Shown here piece after piece: positions 12,360 to 25,691 of a stretch of DNA of 46,656 bases. Source of the stretch: Octopus bimaculoides. Its lineage: Eukaryota. A model generated the notes under the pieces. That model had not been told where the DNA came from and did no database searches. It saw nothing but the letters and a program-made list of their open reading frames with translations. The DNA is taken from the NCBI RefSeq assembly GCF_001194135.2, contig NC_068997.1:49596082-49642737 (forward strand), written 5' to 3'. Positions within the stretch are counted from its first letter, which is position 1; each line of letters begins with the position of its first letter. Both the position numbers and the translations under genes were made by a program.

Positions 12360-12930
12360 TGTTATGCAAATAACACTCAGACAAATGCATACAAATACAC
12401 AGAGAAATGGAATCATAAACGTGCATTTACACACACAAATATGCACACACACACACACACACACACACATGCACGCATGCACGCATGCATACTCACGCAC
12501 AAATACACATCAGACAATCACCGACATACGCACAGATACAGATACACACACAAATACACACAGACACACACCGACACACACATACAATAATACACACACA
12601 TGCACATACACATACAATAATACACACACATACTCACAAATACAGATACACACACAAATATATACAGACACACACCGACACACAGAAAGACACACATATA
12701 CACAGACAATAATACGCACAAATACACATACACGCACAAATATTCAGAGACACACACAAACACACACACATACACATACAATAATACACACGCATACGCA
12801 CAAATACACATACACACACAAAATATACATAGACACACACAAACACACATACAATAATACACTCACACACACACACACACACATAAATACACATAAATAC
12901 ACACTCGTACACACACACACACACACACAA
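12360..12930. repeat. Degenerate (CA)-rich microsatellite tract
   Basis: ACAC/ATAC/AAATAC mosaic; source of the HT and CV ORFs. Confidence 0.9.
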
Positions 12931-15900
12931 ATCCCAGCCGCCACCAGCCTGGTAGACACAGCCACAGACGCTAAAATCCTTCCTCGACGATAATTATGCA
13001 AAGAGCCAGACTGGGAATAAATTAATACATTAACTGTGTATAAACATCCTTACTTCTCGCTGTGAACCCATGTTTACCCCAGGGGCAGTCAGATGGCTTC
13101 TCTGCATTTATATTTGTTTGGCTTCTTTATTGTTGTTGTTATTATTGTTGTTATTGTTGTACTTTTCTTTTTAAATATTTTTCGTACTTTTTCTCTCGCT
13201 TCTTCGTATCTCTTCTTCTCCACCTCTTTTTTCTTCTCCTCTTTTTCATCTTCTTTTGCTTTTTCTTCTTTTCTTCTTTTCTACTCCCCCTGCTCCTTGC
13301 TTCCCCTTTTTTCTCCGTCTCCTTCGTCTCCATGTTTCTGCTTGTTCTTCGGCTCCTCCTCCTCTTTCTCATCTCCATCTTCATCTTTTTCCTCTTTCTC
13401 GTTTCCTTCTCCTATTCCTCTTTCCTCGCTATTGTTATTTCTTCTTCTTCTTCTTCTTCTTCTTCTTTTCCTTCTTTTTCTTCTCCGTCTTCATATCTTT
13501 ACTTCTACAACTTCTCCTCCTCCTCCTCCTTCTCATCTCCTCTTCCTCCTTCTCTTCCAACAACAACAGTCCCCACACACACACAATTATACAGCAGGGG
13601 TGCAGAATTGAAACCTCGATGCCCCCATTCACCTTTCTTCACTTCACTGAGGTTAGGGACGTGGTGACGTAACGGAAGTTTACACTGACATCATCCTGCT
13701 TAATAGAAACGGGATTATGGCCTTGACATCGCTGCGCCAAACCTCATTAATAAATTATACGCACAGGTTTATCGGCAATTATGGATTTATTGTAATTGTT
13801 ACTATTATTATTATTATTATTTATAATTATAATTATAGTCTTGTTATTAATTAATATTTTCTAATTGTCCATCGTACATTTGAAAACAACGACCGTGGCA
13901 ACGAGTGGTGNNNNNNNNNNNNNNNNNNNNNNNNNNNNNNNNNNNNNNNNNNNNNNNNNNNNNNNNNNNNNNNNNNNNNNNNNNNNNNNNNNNNNNNNNN
14001 NNNNNNNNNNNNNNNNNNNNNNNNACTGCTGCTGCTGCTGATGATGATGATGGTTGTTGGTGATGATGATGATGTTAGAGGGGATGCTTGAAGTACCTGT
14101 GATGGTTGGGAAGGTGAAGGCAGTGGTGGAGGCTTGAGAGCAATGTGGTTGGGGGGGAGGAGGACTGTGGAGATTATGGAGGTCCTGGTGGGGGATAATG
14201 GTAAACCTTGATGATGCCGATGCTAATGATGATGATGGTGTTGTCGTTGGTGATGATGATGATGATGATGATGATAATGGCACCGATAGACGTCGTCGTC
14301 GTGATGATGACGGTAATGACTGTTGGTGATGGCGCTGGTAGTGGCGGTGGCGATGGCGATGGCGATAGTGATGATGATGATGATGACGATGATGATGATG
14401 ATGATGATGATCGCCATTATCAGCATGAACATGATGATTATGATAACGCTGGCCTACAAAACGAATACATCTTTCATCGGAGATTAAGTTGGCTGTTTTC
14501 TAAACGCGTTTGGAGTCTGGCTCTAAATCCATTTTAAATATCCCAAGCGCAGCACGTCTAGTTTTTTAAATATGGCTGTTTTTTTACTTTTCTACCTCCG
14601 CAATTTTATCTATAATTAAGTCTTATTATATAAATTAAGATCTATTAAATAAATTAGTGTATATTAAATATAAAGAAACCGGGCATGCATCTCATTAATT
14701 TATGCATCATTAATTTTACGCCCATTTTCATAAAATTCATTTGGCTTCACGTGTAATAAAAGAACCTACATTATACTCGCTTTTAAATTTAAATATGTCA
14801 TGGCTATGATTTAAATTCTAAATTTGGTCAGGGTCGACGAGATGTAGTATCGAATAACAGCCAATCACCATTTCTTCATTCCAGAGTTCTTGGTGTCCTG
14901 TTTCCATGGCAAGAATATCTTGAGGGAAGTGTTTTCCTTGCTCATCGCTCGATTACAGCATCTAAATTTTTCTTGAAAGAAAACGTCTTATATTATCCAC
15001 TCACTTCAGTTTTATACATGGTGCTGAAATTTCGTTTCCTTCTCATTGTTTCTAGGTCATAGTAGTATCAGTAGCAGGACTGGTTAAGAGTAGCTAATTT
15101 CAAGCAAGATTGATCTAATGTAATTCAATTTGATTTCAATTTATCTTCCCTTATATTTCAAGATGACTAAATCGTCTATTTCAATTATTGAAACCGGTTG
15201 CATACTTTAATAAAAATATTCATACTTTCTTTTCTTTATGATAAAGTTCTCAGAGCGCTTTCTTCTTTTTGTTTTCCGATATACTCTTTGGGCTGTTTCA
15301 ACCTCTTATTTCATATTAGTAACCTTTCGCAGATATATTGGAACAGACACCAAATCATAAATACGATTCGACTATCGTCAAATGTTTGGAGAGATTTCAC
15401 GAAACTACAAAATTTTTTTGAATACATTTGCTTCCCTTAGCAGTCGCAACTATTACTTTCTTCTCCCCATAATATGAGGGAAGGGAGATCTTGATTGTCT
15501 CATTCTGTAGTAATAGTCGTCTTATCTCCCTCTACAGATAGAGTAGACTCCACCTAGTGTCTACTAGCTCTTTCAATTACTCTATACAACTGCAGTACGG
15601 TACCTATATATATATNNNNNNNNNNNNNNNNNNNNNNNNNNNNNNNNNNNNNNNNNNNNNNNNNNNNNNNNNNNNNNNNNNNNNNNNNNNNNNNNNNNNN
15701 NNNNNNNNNNNNNNNNNNNNNNNNNNNNNNNNNNNNNNNNNNNNNNNNNNNNNNNNNNNNNNNNNNNNNNNNNNNNNNNNNNNNNNNNNNNNNNNNNNNN
15801 NNNNNNNNNNNNNNNNNNNNNNNNNNNNNNNNNNNNNNNNNNNNNNNNNNNNNNNNNNNNNNNNNNNNNNNNNNNNNNNNNNNNNNNNNNNNNNNNNNNN

Positions 15901-16570
15901 NNNNNNNNNNNNNNNNNNNNNNNNNNNNNNNNNNNNNNNNNNNNNNNNNNNNNNNNNNNNNNNNNNNNNNNNNNNNNNNNNNNNNNNNNNNNNNNNNNNN
16001 NNNNNNNNNNNNNNNNNNNNNNNNNNNNNNNNNNNNNNNNNNNNNNNNNNNNNNNNNNNNNNNNNNNNNNNNNNNNNNNNNNNNNNNNNNNNNNNNNNNN
16101 NNNNNNNNNNNNNNNNNNNNNNNNNNNNNNNNNNNNNNNNNNNNNNNNNNNNNNNNNNNNNNNNNNNNNNNNNNNNNNNNNNNNNNNNNNNNNNNNNNNN
16201 NNNNNNNNNNNNNNNNNNNNNNNNNNNNNNNNNNNNNNNNNNNNNNNNNNNNNNNNNNNNNNNNNNNNNNNNNNNNNNNNNNNNNNNNNNNNNNNNNNNN
16301 NNNNNNNNNNNNNNNNNNNNNNNNNNNNNNNNNNNNNNNNNNNNNNNNNNNNNNNNNNNNNNNNNNNNNNNNNNNNNNNNNNNNNNNNNNNNNNNNNNNN
16401 NNNNNNNNNNNNNNNNNNNNNNNNNNNNNNNNNNNNNNNNNNNNNNNNNNNNNNNNNNNNNNNNNNNNNNNNNNNNNNNNNNNNNNNNNNNNNNNNNNNN
16501 NNNNNNNNNNNNNNNNNNNNNNNNNNNNNNNNNNNNNNNNNNNNNNNNNNNNNNNNNNNNNNNNNNNNNN

Positions 16571-16607
<37 letters not shown>

Positions 16608-16652
16608 AATATATATATATATGTATATATATATATGAAATGTGTATATATG

Positions 16653-16690
<38 letters not shown>

Positions 16691-17049
16691 GTGTATACAT
16701 ATATATATATATATATATGAAATAATTGGTGTCGTGTCAAAAACAGAAACTGTTGATGTGGTTTTCTGCTGAAATAAGACGACGGAAGGCAATTTTGAAA
16801 TCATATCTGAAATGGTTTCTAGTCCACCCGAAATTATATCTCGGGTGGTAATTGTTTGTTGACCAATGTAATTAGAAGATTTTGATGAGTAGAAAAAAAG
16901 GTCAGGGCTTAACGAGAAAAGATGGATGTGATTTCGTGGTGTTCATTCCTTTGTCACTTAGCTGAGATTAATTAATTAACTTTGATAATTTTGGATGACA
17001 TAGGAAAGGTAGAAGAATTTGAAGACATCCGACCACATCACTGGCAACG

Positions 17050-17630
17050 CCGCCGCATCCGCAACGGCCGCTGCTGCTACTACAATTACAATAACTACTA
17101 CTACCAACACCACGATTACCTTTGCCAACATCACCACTACTACCACCAATATCACCACGACTAACATAACCATCACCACAAGTACTACCACCACTGCTAC
17201 CTCCACCATCACTACCATCACCACCGCCACCACTACCACCACCACTACTAACATAGCCAATGTCACAAGCACTACTACCTCCACTACTACCGAACCACCT
17301 CAACTACCACCACTACCACAACTACTAACATAATCGCCACCAGCACTACCACCTCCACTACCACCACCACCACTGCTAACATAATCATCACCGCCAACAC
17401 TAACACTACCACCAGCATCACCACAACTATTAACAGAATCATCACCACCACCAGTACCAACACCACTACCGCCACCAGCACTACCCCTCCACCACCAGCA
17501 TCACCACCACCACTACTATCATCATCAACTCCACCACTACTGTCACCATCACCACTACTACCACAACCATCACTACCACAACTACTACCACCACCACCCC
17601 TAAAATTACAATTACTACTACTACCATTGG
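17050..17630. repeat. Degenerate (ACY)n tract
   Basis: The Thr-coding frame shifts at least twice. Confidence 0.85.
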
Positions 17631-17794
17631 AATGTGTAGTGATTGACTGTCACCATCTACCGTTTTCCCACGACTGCCGACCCAGTAAGCTAGGNNNNNN
17701 NNNNNNNNNNNNNNNNNNNNNNNNNNNNNNNNNNNNNNNNNNNNNNNNNNNNNNNNNNNNNNNNNNNNNNNNNNNNNNNNNNNNNNNNNNNNNN

Positions 17795-17826
<32 letters not shown>

Positions 17827-18072
17827 GTATATGTTTGTATATGTATGTATATGTATGTATGTAGGTATGTATTTATGTATATGTATGCATGTACGTATGT
17901 ATACACACATACCTACATATATATTCACAAAATTACGTTTATAGTAAATTAAGTTACACAAACATACATAAGTATATATGTATATACACATACATATGAA
18001 TATGTATTTTTTGTATCTGTATATTTGTGTGTATGTATACACGCATATACTATAGCTACACACATATATAAC

Positions 18073-18119
<47 letters not shown>

Positions 18120-18374
18120 GATGTTTTTTCGAACACGCACATACATGTATATGTGTGTGTGCATGCCTCACGTTTGCGTGTATATATGTCTGTACGTTTC
18201 GTATTAATGTCAGTCGAAACAGAGTGTTTCCGGCTAATCAGTTTGTGAATAAATTTACATGTGTACATTAAAGAGATATACATTTAGCTTAGCTATGCAA
18301 TCACCCTGCATGATTCAACAGCATGACTCCCTCCCCGTCTCTCTCTCTCCGACTTGAACTCAAGAACAACTCGA

Positions 18375-18416
<42 letters not shown>

Positions 18417-18976
18417 TGGATTCAAGAGCAAATCTACTACTTTCGTTTTTCTCTCTCTCACTTTCTTTTTCACCCTCTCTCTTCTCTCTATTTCTTTCTC
18501 CCTTCTCTTTCTCTCTTTCTCTCTCTCTCTCTTTTCGTCTCTCTTTCTCTCAACTACACTGAAAAACGTCTCGACTTCTTCTGCCTAGTTTTCTACATGC
18601 CTTACTCCATCTTTTCTCCATTGGAAGAGAAGGTAAATTACGATGTTCATAGGACAAGTTCGTTGACCACAGATATCAATGGTGGTCATTGACAGTAACA
18701 TATTCGTTTAAGTAGTGTATTAATTAACTGAAAGATTGAGATAGTGTGATGGTCGATAATGTTGTGGATTAAATACAAGAACAACAACAACAATGACACT
18801 AACAGCAACAACAATCACTACGACACTCATTCGTCGTGAAGGACGTTTGGCAAGTCAGACTGAACATGCGCACTGCAAAACTTCAAATCTTACGAAGCGG
18901 TTTCGTTTACGAGTGTGACCTCGAGATCGAGTTTATAGTATCTCTTAATCTATCTATTTATTTATCAATCTCTCTC

Positions 18977-19036
<60 letters not shown>

Positions 19037-19046
19037 TATATATATA

Positions 19047-19207
19047 TACGACGGTCTTCTTTCAATTCCCGCCTACCAAATTCTTTCACAAAGCTTTGGT
19101 CAACCCACGGTTACAGTAGAAGACATTTGCTCAAGGTGCCACACAGTGGGACTGAACCCGGAACCATGTGGTTGAGAGGCAAGCTTCTTACCATACAGCC
19201 ACGCCGA
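19047..19207 (-). mobile_element. SINE family C (tRNA head plus CORE-like CACCTTGAGCAAATG segment)
   Basis: Sense reads GGCGTGGCTGTATGGTAAGAAGC..CCACATGGTTCCGGGTTCAGTCCC (A and B boxes), then body running into (TA)n. Confidence 0.85.
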
Positions 19208-19740
19208 CGAATGATTGTTTTTGTATTCGGTTCTAATAAAAAAATCTTTTTAATTTTTCATTCATCTGCTGAGTTACTCTATACTTTTGTAGAGTACAAA
19301 TTTAATACCCTTATACAAGAACCGCTTTTGACAGTGACTTCGAAGTCACTGTTAAGAACATTCTCGTATAAGAATAATATACATATAATAGGAAAAACGA
19401 AAAAACACACATGTGTTATTACTGATGACATGTGTAATTCATTGAAGCACGTGTGTGTAAAAGCATGAAAAATATTCATAGAGACTTCTGCATTACTCAT
19501 TATGTAACGTGGCTCGTTTTCTGCAATCCAGCTTATCCTTCGATGTCGTGGCTGTATTTATGTCGAATTATAGGAATTTAAAGTAGTATCAAATAATGAG
19601 CCCTAAAATTGACGGTAGCGTTTCATGCATGATAGCACATTGCTGATTGTGTGAGTAGCTATAAGGACTAATATACGCTTGTTCGTTTGTAGTCACATGT
19701 GTATGCGTGTACTGAGGTGTGCATGTTATATGTGTTGTTG

Positions 19741-19970
19741 TTTGTTCCTTCTTGAGCCATGCCTGGCTCATATGGGCCGCTTTCCCGGTTTCACTGTTTT
19801 CATTGGCGTGTAGGTCCCCCACCTGGTGAGCTGTTAGAGTGAGAGAAAGTAGTGGCGAACGAGTCAGCAGACGTTCGCCTTTACCTTCTGCTGGAGCCGC
19901 TTGGAGCTTGGGTGTTTCGCTCATAAACACATACACACATCACCCGGTCTGAGATTCGAACCCGCGATCT
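19741..19970 (-). mobile_element. tRNA-derived SINE family D
   Basis: B box GATCGCGGGTTCGAATCTC on the minus strand, GC-richer body, tail ending in (AAC)-like repeats. Confidence 0.65.
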
Positions 19971-20155
19971 CATGAAGATTAGAACCTCCAGTTTTCTGTG
20001 CTTACTGAGTTTGCTTAGTATATAAACAAATCGGCTGCTCATATTTTAGTATTGGTCAAACTGAAGTAGACACTTTTGATGTGAACCCAATCAGGTTCGA
20101 TATTCGTTTAGGGAGAAATAAGTAAATTTACCCTGTTTATAAGCTTCTATATAGG

Positions 20156-20201
<46 letters not shown>

Positions 20202-20241
20202 ATACATACGTACAGACTTACATGTACATTCATGCTATCAT

Positions 20242-20265
20242 ATGTATTTCTTCATACGAGTGTCC
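20242..20265 (+). CDS. Speculative first coding exon (MYFFIRVS)
   Basis: ATG at 20242 and a phase-0 GTAAGT donor at 20266. Joined to 23345 it gives MYFFIRVSMSLLVGLSTG, which is signal-peptide-like. No good upstream acceptor. Confidence 0.2.
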
Positions 20266-21139
20266 GTAAGTTTTTGTTTTATTTACCTCATTTTTTCCTT
20301 TAGTGCGTGTGTCAGATCAATTGTGTATTTGTGCAATCAAATATTTGTCCCTTCAGATCCTCTATCCATACCTCATAAAGAAAAGAAAATCTAAAAACGA
20401 AAACGTGTGCTGAAGATAGTCTTAATGTATCCAATTTGATGTGTTTGTGTTTAACATTTGATTGAAAGCCAGACATAATTCAACACTTGAGAACGATCAC
20501 ACGTAAGAAGGCCATCTGCTTGTTTCATGTCTGCGGAGGAATTATTTCCAATGATAAGAAAATGTTTCAACGAAAGAAATTTAGCAAAGAATTCCCTAGT
20601 TCACTACCGCTTACGATGAGAAAATTTACGCGTCAACCGACAAAGAATTCGCCATCATTGTTAATAGGCGAGATCGTAAGATAGAACAAACACTTTACTT
20701 TACAGATAACACTACTGGAGCCATCAGCGTGTAAAAAGACTATGGTTATGAGAGGGTTGTGTTAATGGTTGTGGATGAGGTTTTCATTGAAGTTGGTGCT
20801 TGAGAGAACGGCAGTGTGCGAGTGTTTGAACGTCAATGTGTTTTAATGTGTGTATGTAAGTGCGATTTATAAAAAGACGATGGCAAAAATTAGATTGCAT
20901 TGTTATTCTTGTCGCTTTTACTGTTGTTTCTAATTTGCAGGAATCATAAAAGAGCATTAACGCAAGTAATTTGAAACCGTTTCCATTATATCTTCGTTCA
21001 AGTAGATAAAAAAAATTACTGCAGTTTGCTGTTCGCTTAGCTCTTGAACAATCGTGACCAAAATGAAGGCTTCAGCAGGGCAGAGTGAGAGATTTTTTTT
21101 AGATGCTAGAAATTTAGCGGTGGCGCTGTAGTGTTTATG

Positions 21140-21640
21140 ATAGTGTTGGTGGTGACGGGACGGGTGCGGGTTGTGGTGGCATTGTTGTTGGTAGAAGTAG
21201 TGGCGGCGGTGGTGGTGGAGCTGGTGGTGGTGGTGGTGGTGGTACAGTGTGATNNNNNNNNNNGCGGGTTGTGGTGGCATTGTTGTTGGTAGAAGTAGTG
21301 GCGGCGGTGGTGGTGGAGCTGGTGGTGGTGGTGGTGGTGGTACAGTGTGATGTATTGGTGATAGTGGGAGGGGCGTGGGTGGAGGAACCGGTGGCTGTGG
21401 TGGAAGTAGACTGTAATGTAATACTTGTGGTAGTGGAGATGGTAATGGTGGTGGTAGTGGTCGTCGTCGTGGCAGATGATGGTATAATGATGATGGTGGT
21501 GGAAGTGAAGGTAGTGGTAGGAGTTGGTGCTATAGGAGCTGAGACAGTGATGGTGGTGGTTGTAGTGGTGAAGTTGATGGTGATGTTAGTGGTGGTGGCG
21601 GTGGCGGTTTTGGTGGTGCCGGTGCCAGGGTGGAGGGTGC
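21140..21640. repeat. Degenerate (GGT/GTA)n tract
   Basis: Low complexity, with a gap-flanking duplication. Confidence 0.85.
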
Positions 21641-21856
21641 AAAGAAGGGCTTCTCTTTTCGGTGATGTATTGTCTTCTAACAATAACTTTGCTTGTTTCC
21701 TATCTTCTAGCTTTGATGAAGTTTACCAAAATAGACGTTCAGTGCGTAAAATGTGATGTTATTTGTGAATAAACATATTTACGTGTGCGTATATATGTTT
21801 GTGAGTGTAAAAACATAGATCATACTTGTAAATTTATAATTGCGTTATGTGAGCTG

Positions 21857-22520
21857 GTGAAGGCACGTGGCCTAGTTGTGGTTAAGGCGTTGCACGCACA
21901 ATCGCAGGATTGCAATTTCGATTCCCGGACAGGGCGACGTGTTGTGTTTTGTTCCTGAGCAAAACAGTTCGGCAAGACTTCCGCCCCCACCCCACCCCAC
22001 CCNNNNNNNNNNNNNNNNNNNNNNNNNNNNNNNNNNNNNNNNNNNNNNNNNNNNNNNNNNNNNNNNNNNNNNNNNNNNNNNNNNNNNNNNNNNNNNNNNN
22101 NNNNNNNNNNNNNNNNNNNNNNNNNNNNNNNNNNNNNNNNNNNNNNNNNNNNNNNNNNNNNNNNNNNNNNNNNNNNNNNNNNNNNNNNNNNNNNNNNNNT
22201 TTTTCTAAATATGCGGAAAAATACGGACATTACACTTCTGACAAAAGTTTCAAAACATTCCTGTAATTACAGTTAGGGCTAGGGTTTTAGGTTTAGGGTT
22301 AGTGTTGGGGAAAAAGTCAAAATTTAAGAATTGGTGGGGTGGGGAGAAAGGGGGAAATTTCACAATGCCGATTTTTGGCAATTTTCCAGAACCTCCGTAT
22401 CCGAAAAAGTGGGGTGGGGTCTTGGCAAAAAATTTTTTTTAAATAAATTTGGGAGAAAATGGTGAGTGACGGGCGGAAGTCTTCCCAACACTTCATTTCA
22501 TGTTGCTTCTGTCCAGCAAC
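21857..22520 (+). mobile_element. SINE family B interrupted by a MITE
   Basis: Head GTGAAGGCACGTGGCCTAG..TTTCGATTCC runs to 21970; the body resumes at 22487 (AACACTTCATTTCATGTTGC). Confidence 0.8.
21971..22486. mobile_element. MITE with 16-bp TIRs and 8-bp TSD (Merlin-like)
   Basis: GGCAAGACTTCCGCCC / GGGCGGAAGTCTTCCC (15/16); flanks AACAGTTC / AACACTTC. Superfamily inferred from GG termini and 8-bp TSD. Confidence 0.8.
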
Positions 22521-22650
22521 TATATAGCACCTTTAACTATTACCAAGCACATTGATTATAAATTCACTAATACTACGAGGTTTAAATAATCTGGAGAGAC
22601 CAAATTTCATATGTAAAATTTTCTTACCATCGAGACAGAATATAATAGTC

Positions 22651-22840
22651 TTTTCTATTCTAGGCACAAGGCTAGAAATTTTGGGGGAGGGGGCTAGTCG
22701 ATTAGATCGACCCCAGTACGCAACTGATACTTAATTTATCGACCCCGAAAGGATAAAAGGCAAAGTCGACCTCGGTGGAATTTGAACTCAGAATGTAGCG
22801 GCAGACGAAATACTGCCAAGCATTTCGCCTGGCGTGCTAA
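22651..22840 (-). mobile_element. SINE family A, near full length
   Basis: Tail, central TTTATCGACCCCGAAAGGA motif, B box (GGAATTTGAACTC on +) and most of the head are present. Confidence 0.9.
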
Positions 22841-23344
22841 AGAACAGGGTTTCGCTAAGAACGCTAGTGGTTTGCCAAACACGGCGTTTCGACATTGATT
22901 GGTCTCTTCAGTGACGATTATCCTGTGATAGTTGTTCTGAGCGAACTCTTGTATTTTAAACACGAAAGTTTCTTTGAGAAGTTTCTCTGAAACTAAAGTA
23001 TTACAGCTCGTGCCGTTTTGCAGGTGTATATACATCATCAAAAAATATTTCTAAAAATGTCTGTACATTATTAAAAACAAATTGTATATATAATGATATT
23101 TCAAACTAAGGTTGTTTAAAGTACACATTTTTACTTATTTCATTTCGTATGATTTATCATTATAATCAATTTTCTTCTTTCTCTCTTTAAATGCAGTTAA
23201 TCATGTTTTCTTCCCATCCCTCACGTTTTACTCGTAATTTATATGTTATCTTGATCTGCAACATTGTATCTTATCTTAAACTTATCTTTCTGTCGTAGCT
23301 TTTTCATTATATCTTATCTTTGTGTTCTATCTTATCTTTTACAG

Positions 23345-23372
23345 ATGTCTCTGCTGGTGGGATTATCAACAG
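23345..23372 (+). CDS. Probable signal-peptide exon of the VWA gene (MSLLVGLST-G)
   Basis: Long polypyrimidine tract TATCTTATCTTTTACAG| and donor ACAG|GTCGGT. The phase-1 end joins 25031 in frame (G+GA = Gly). Confidence 0.5.
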
Positions 23373-23510
23373 GTCGGTACACATCGTTACCTACTTACGT
23401 TGCTTCACACACACTCTTACTCTCTCTCTCTCTTTCTCTCTCTCACTTCAATTCTCTTTACCTGTTCTCTTCTCCCTCTGTCTCCTCGTCTATCTGTCTG
23501 TTTCTCTGTC

Positions 23511-23603
<93 letters not shown>

Positions 23604-23769
23604 AATCGAACTTACATAAACCATCTTAACTATATCATCTTCAATAAGAGCGATACCACAGTTGCTGTTAAAGAGAGACAATTCTTATAAGTGTTTCATT
23701 TATTATTCTACGAGTGTGTACTTTTCCACAACGTATTTAACAGAAATATATAGATGAGATGTACACACA

Positions 23770-23813
<44 letters not shown>

Positions 23814-23828
23814 TAGATAGATAGGACG

Positions 23829-24882
23829 TAACCTCTAATTGCTCACTCAGCTTACTAGAAATAGCAGCCACGCATCCCACCAATTGCATGCTATCCTTCT
23901 TAAAAACGAAGAACACATTGGGTGATGTAGTCTTAGATACATCATGTATGACAATGAAGAGTAATCAAACCGTAACTCTCCTCTGTCCTCTTTTCTCCAT
24001 GACATTTTTCCAATACTTTCTTCGCTTCAAGAGAGCAATGTTGTATTTGAGGGAGATTTTGGCTGTTAATCGAGCAGAATAAATCAATATATATGTGGAA
24101 GCTTTTTCGTTGATTCGATAACTTTTTCTCTGTTTCGATCCCTGGTGTTGACATTTCCCTAATTTAACGTAACGTCAGTGGTTGCATTAAGAAAGGAATG
24201 GGTGCCACAACTTCGTATTTATGTCATTGTCAGATAAATTCTTGCTCCTTCCACTCCCACCCACTTTTTAATCGTTATTTTTCGTTGTGTGTCTGAAAGG
24301 AGCTAAAATATATTCAAATTTACAAAAACCATAAAAAAGTGTTGAAGAATAGATTTTCAAAAACAAAAAAGAAAACAAAAACAAAAGAAAAACATGAAAA
24401 TCTACGATTGAAATATTTTCCGTGTTAATTCAAATATCGCTGGAATGAAAAGAACGAATTCGACGATTCAATATAATGTTTTGTATTAGGTTTGTAAGTT
24501 TCTTGACGTCATTACGCCACTAACATACACATGCACTGATTCGATTTCACTTCTTTGTTATTAGTTGATTAGTTATTTAACCAATTAACAAATCGATTAT
24601 TTGTCTCATCAGTCGATTAATCAATCAATCGTTTGCCAAAGTCCTTTCTTCGCCATTTGCGATATCATTAGTGATATTCACTCTTCCAAGTCTTCGATTG
24701 GTTAACTGACTGATCGATTAGTTTAGTTGGCTAAATAACTAACCTCTAATTGCTCACTCGGCTTACTAGAAATAGCAGCTACGCATCCCACCAATTGCAT
24801 ACTAGCCTTCTTAAAAACGAAGAACACATTGGGTGATGTAGTCTTAGATACATCATGTATGACAATGAAAAGTAATCAAACC
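23829..24882 (+). repeat. 143-bp direct repeat, copies at 23829-23971 and 24740-24882
   Basis: Manual alignment shows 5 mismatches in 143 bp. Confidence 0.95.
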
Positions 24883-25030
24883 TATAAATAATGAAGTGAA
24901 ACTGAACCAGTGTGCGTGCTTATTATTGGCATAATGACCCACAAAAAATACAACCAATATAATGTATGTAATACACAATAGACACACGTACCGTGTTTTG
25001 TTTTATATTTACATGATGCTTTCTTTTCAG

Positions 25031-25612
25031 GACTTTCGTGCGGAAAACAGGGGGCAGACATTGTTTTCGCTTTAGACGCGTCTTACAGTATTTGGCCGGT
25101 CCATTTCCAGAAACAGTTACAATTTGTGGTGAATGTCGTAGAACAGTTCCCCATTGGTGCCAAACAAAGTGACTTCCATGTTGCTATAGTAACGTATAGC
25201 GAGAACATCACTGTTCACTTTAACCTGCGTGACTTCATTCACAAGCATCAATTAAAGAAAGCCGTTATGCGGATCACCCAGTACTCCCCAGGGGGAACTT
25301 ACACCCACAAGGCCCTCGAATATATACGCCGACAGATGTTCACCGTTCGCAACGGAGGACGAACCTATTCGGATAAAATCGTTGTGGTAATCACGGATGG
25401 ATTGTCACAGGACCCAAAAGCTACACGAACTGAAGCGGCACGAGCGCATTACGAAGGCATTCAAATTTTTGCCATCGGCGTCGGAGCAGGCGTAGATAAA
25501 CATGAACTAGAGATGATAGCTTCATCACCGCCTCGGAACCACGTGTTCACAGTGGATAACTACTCAATTCTTAATTCGATTAAACGGAAGGTGGCCAGGG
25601 AAACGTGCAAAG
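25031..25612 (+). CDS. VWA domain exon 1 of a matrilin/collagen-VWA-like protein
   Basis: TTTTCAG| acceptor and G|GTGAGT donor; 582 nt, phase 1-1. Reads LSCGKQGADIVFALDASYSIW (MIDAS DxSxS)...GGTYTHKAL...VVITDGLS...IFAIGVG...RETCK. Confidence 0.95.
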
Positions 25613-25691
25613 GTGAGTATATAGTGCTATTTAATCACGCACACACACACGCATATACACATCCATACACACTGCCTAAGTCAGTGTGTGT

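Noticed and set aside
13062-13672. Lys/Arg-rich protamine-like and Phe/Ser-rich ORFs
   Set aside because: Derived from (CTT)n/(CTC)n tracts.
17019-17630. Mucin-like Thr-rich ORF with N-x-T sequons
   Set aside because: The Thr frame shifts repeatedly and there are no convincing splice sites; degenerate (ACY)n.
20941-21084. Possible exon with MKASAGQ and a phase-1 GTGAGA donor
   Set aside because: Frame-compatible with VWA1 but has no signal peptide and no independent support.
21166-21351. Exact 88-bp direct repeat (21166-21253, 21264-21351)
   Set aside because: The copies flank a 10-N gap, typical of overlapping contig ends.
21135-21756. Thr-rich (-) and Val-rich (+) ORFs
   Set aside because: Low-complexity repeat, partly inflated by an assembly duplication.
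22273-22302. True or interstitial telomere
   Set aside because: Only ~5 degenerate units, lying inside a TIR element.
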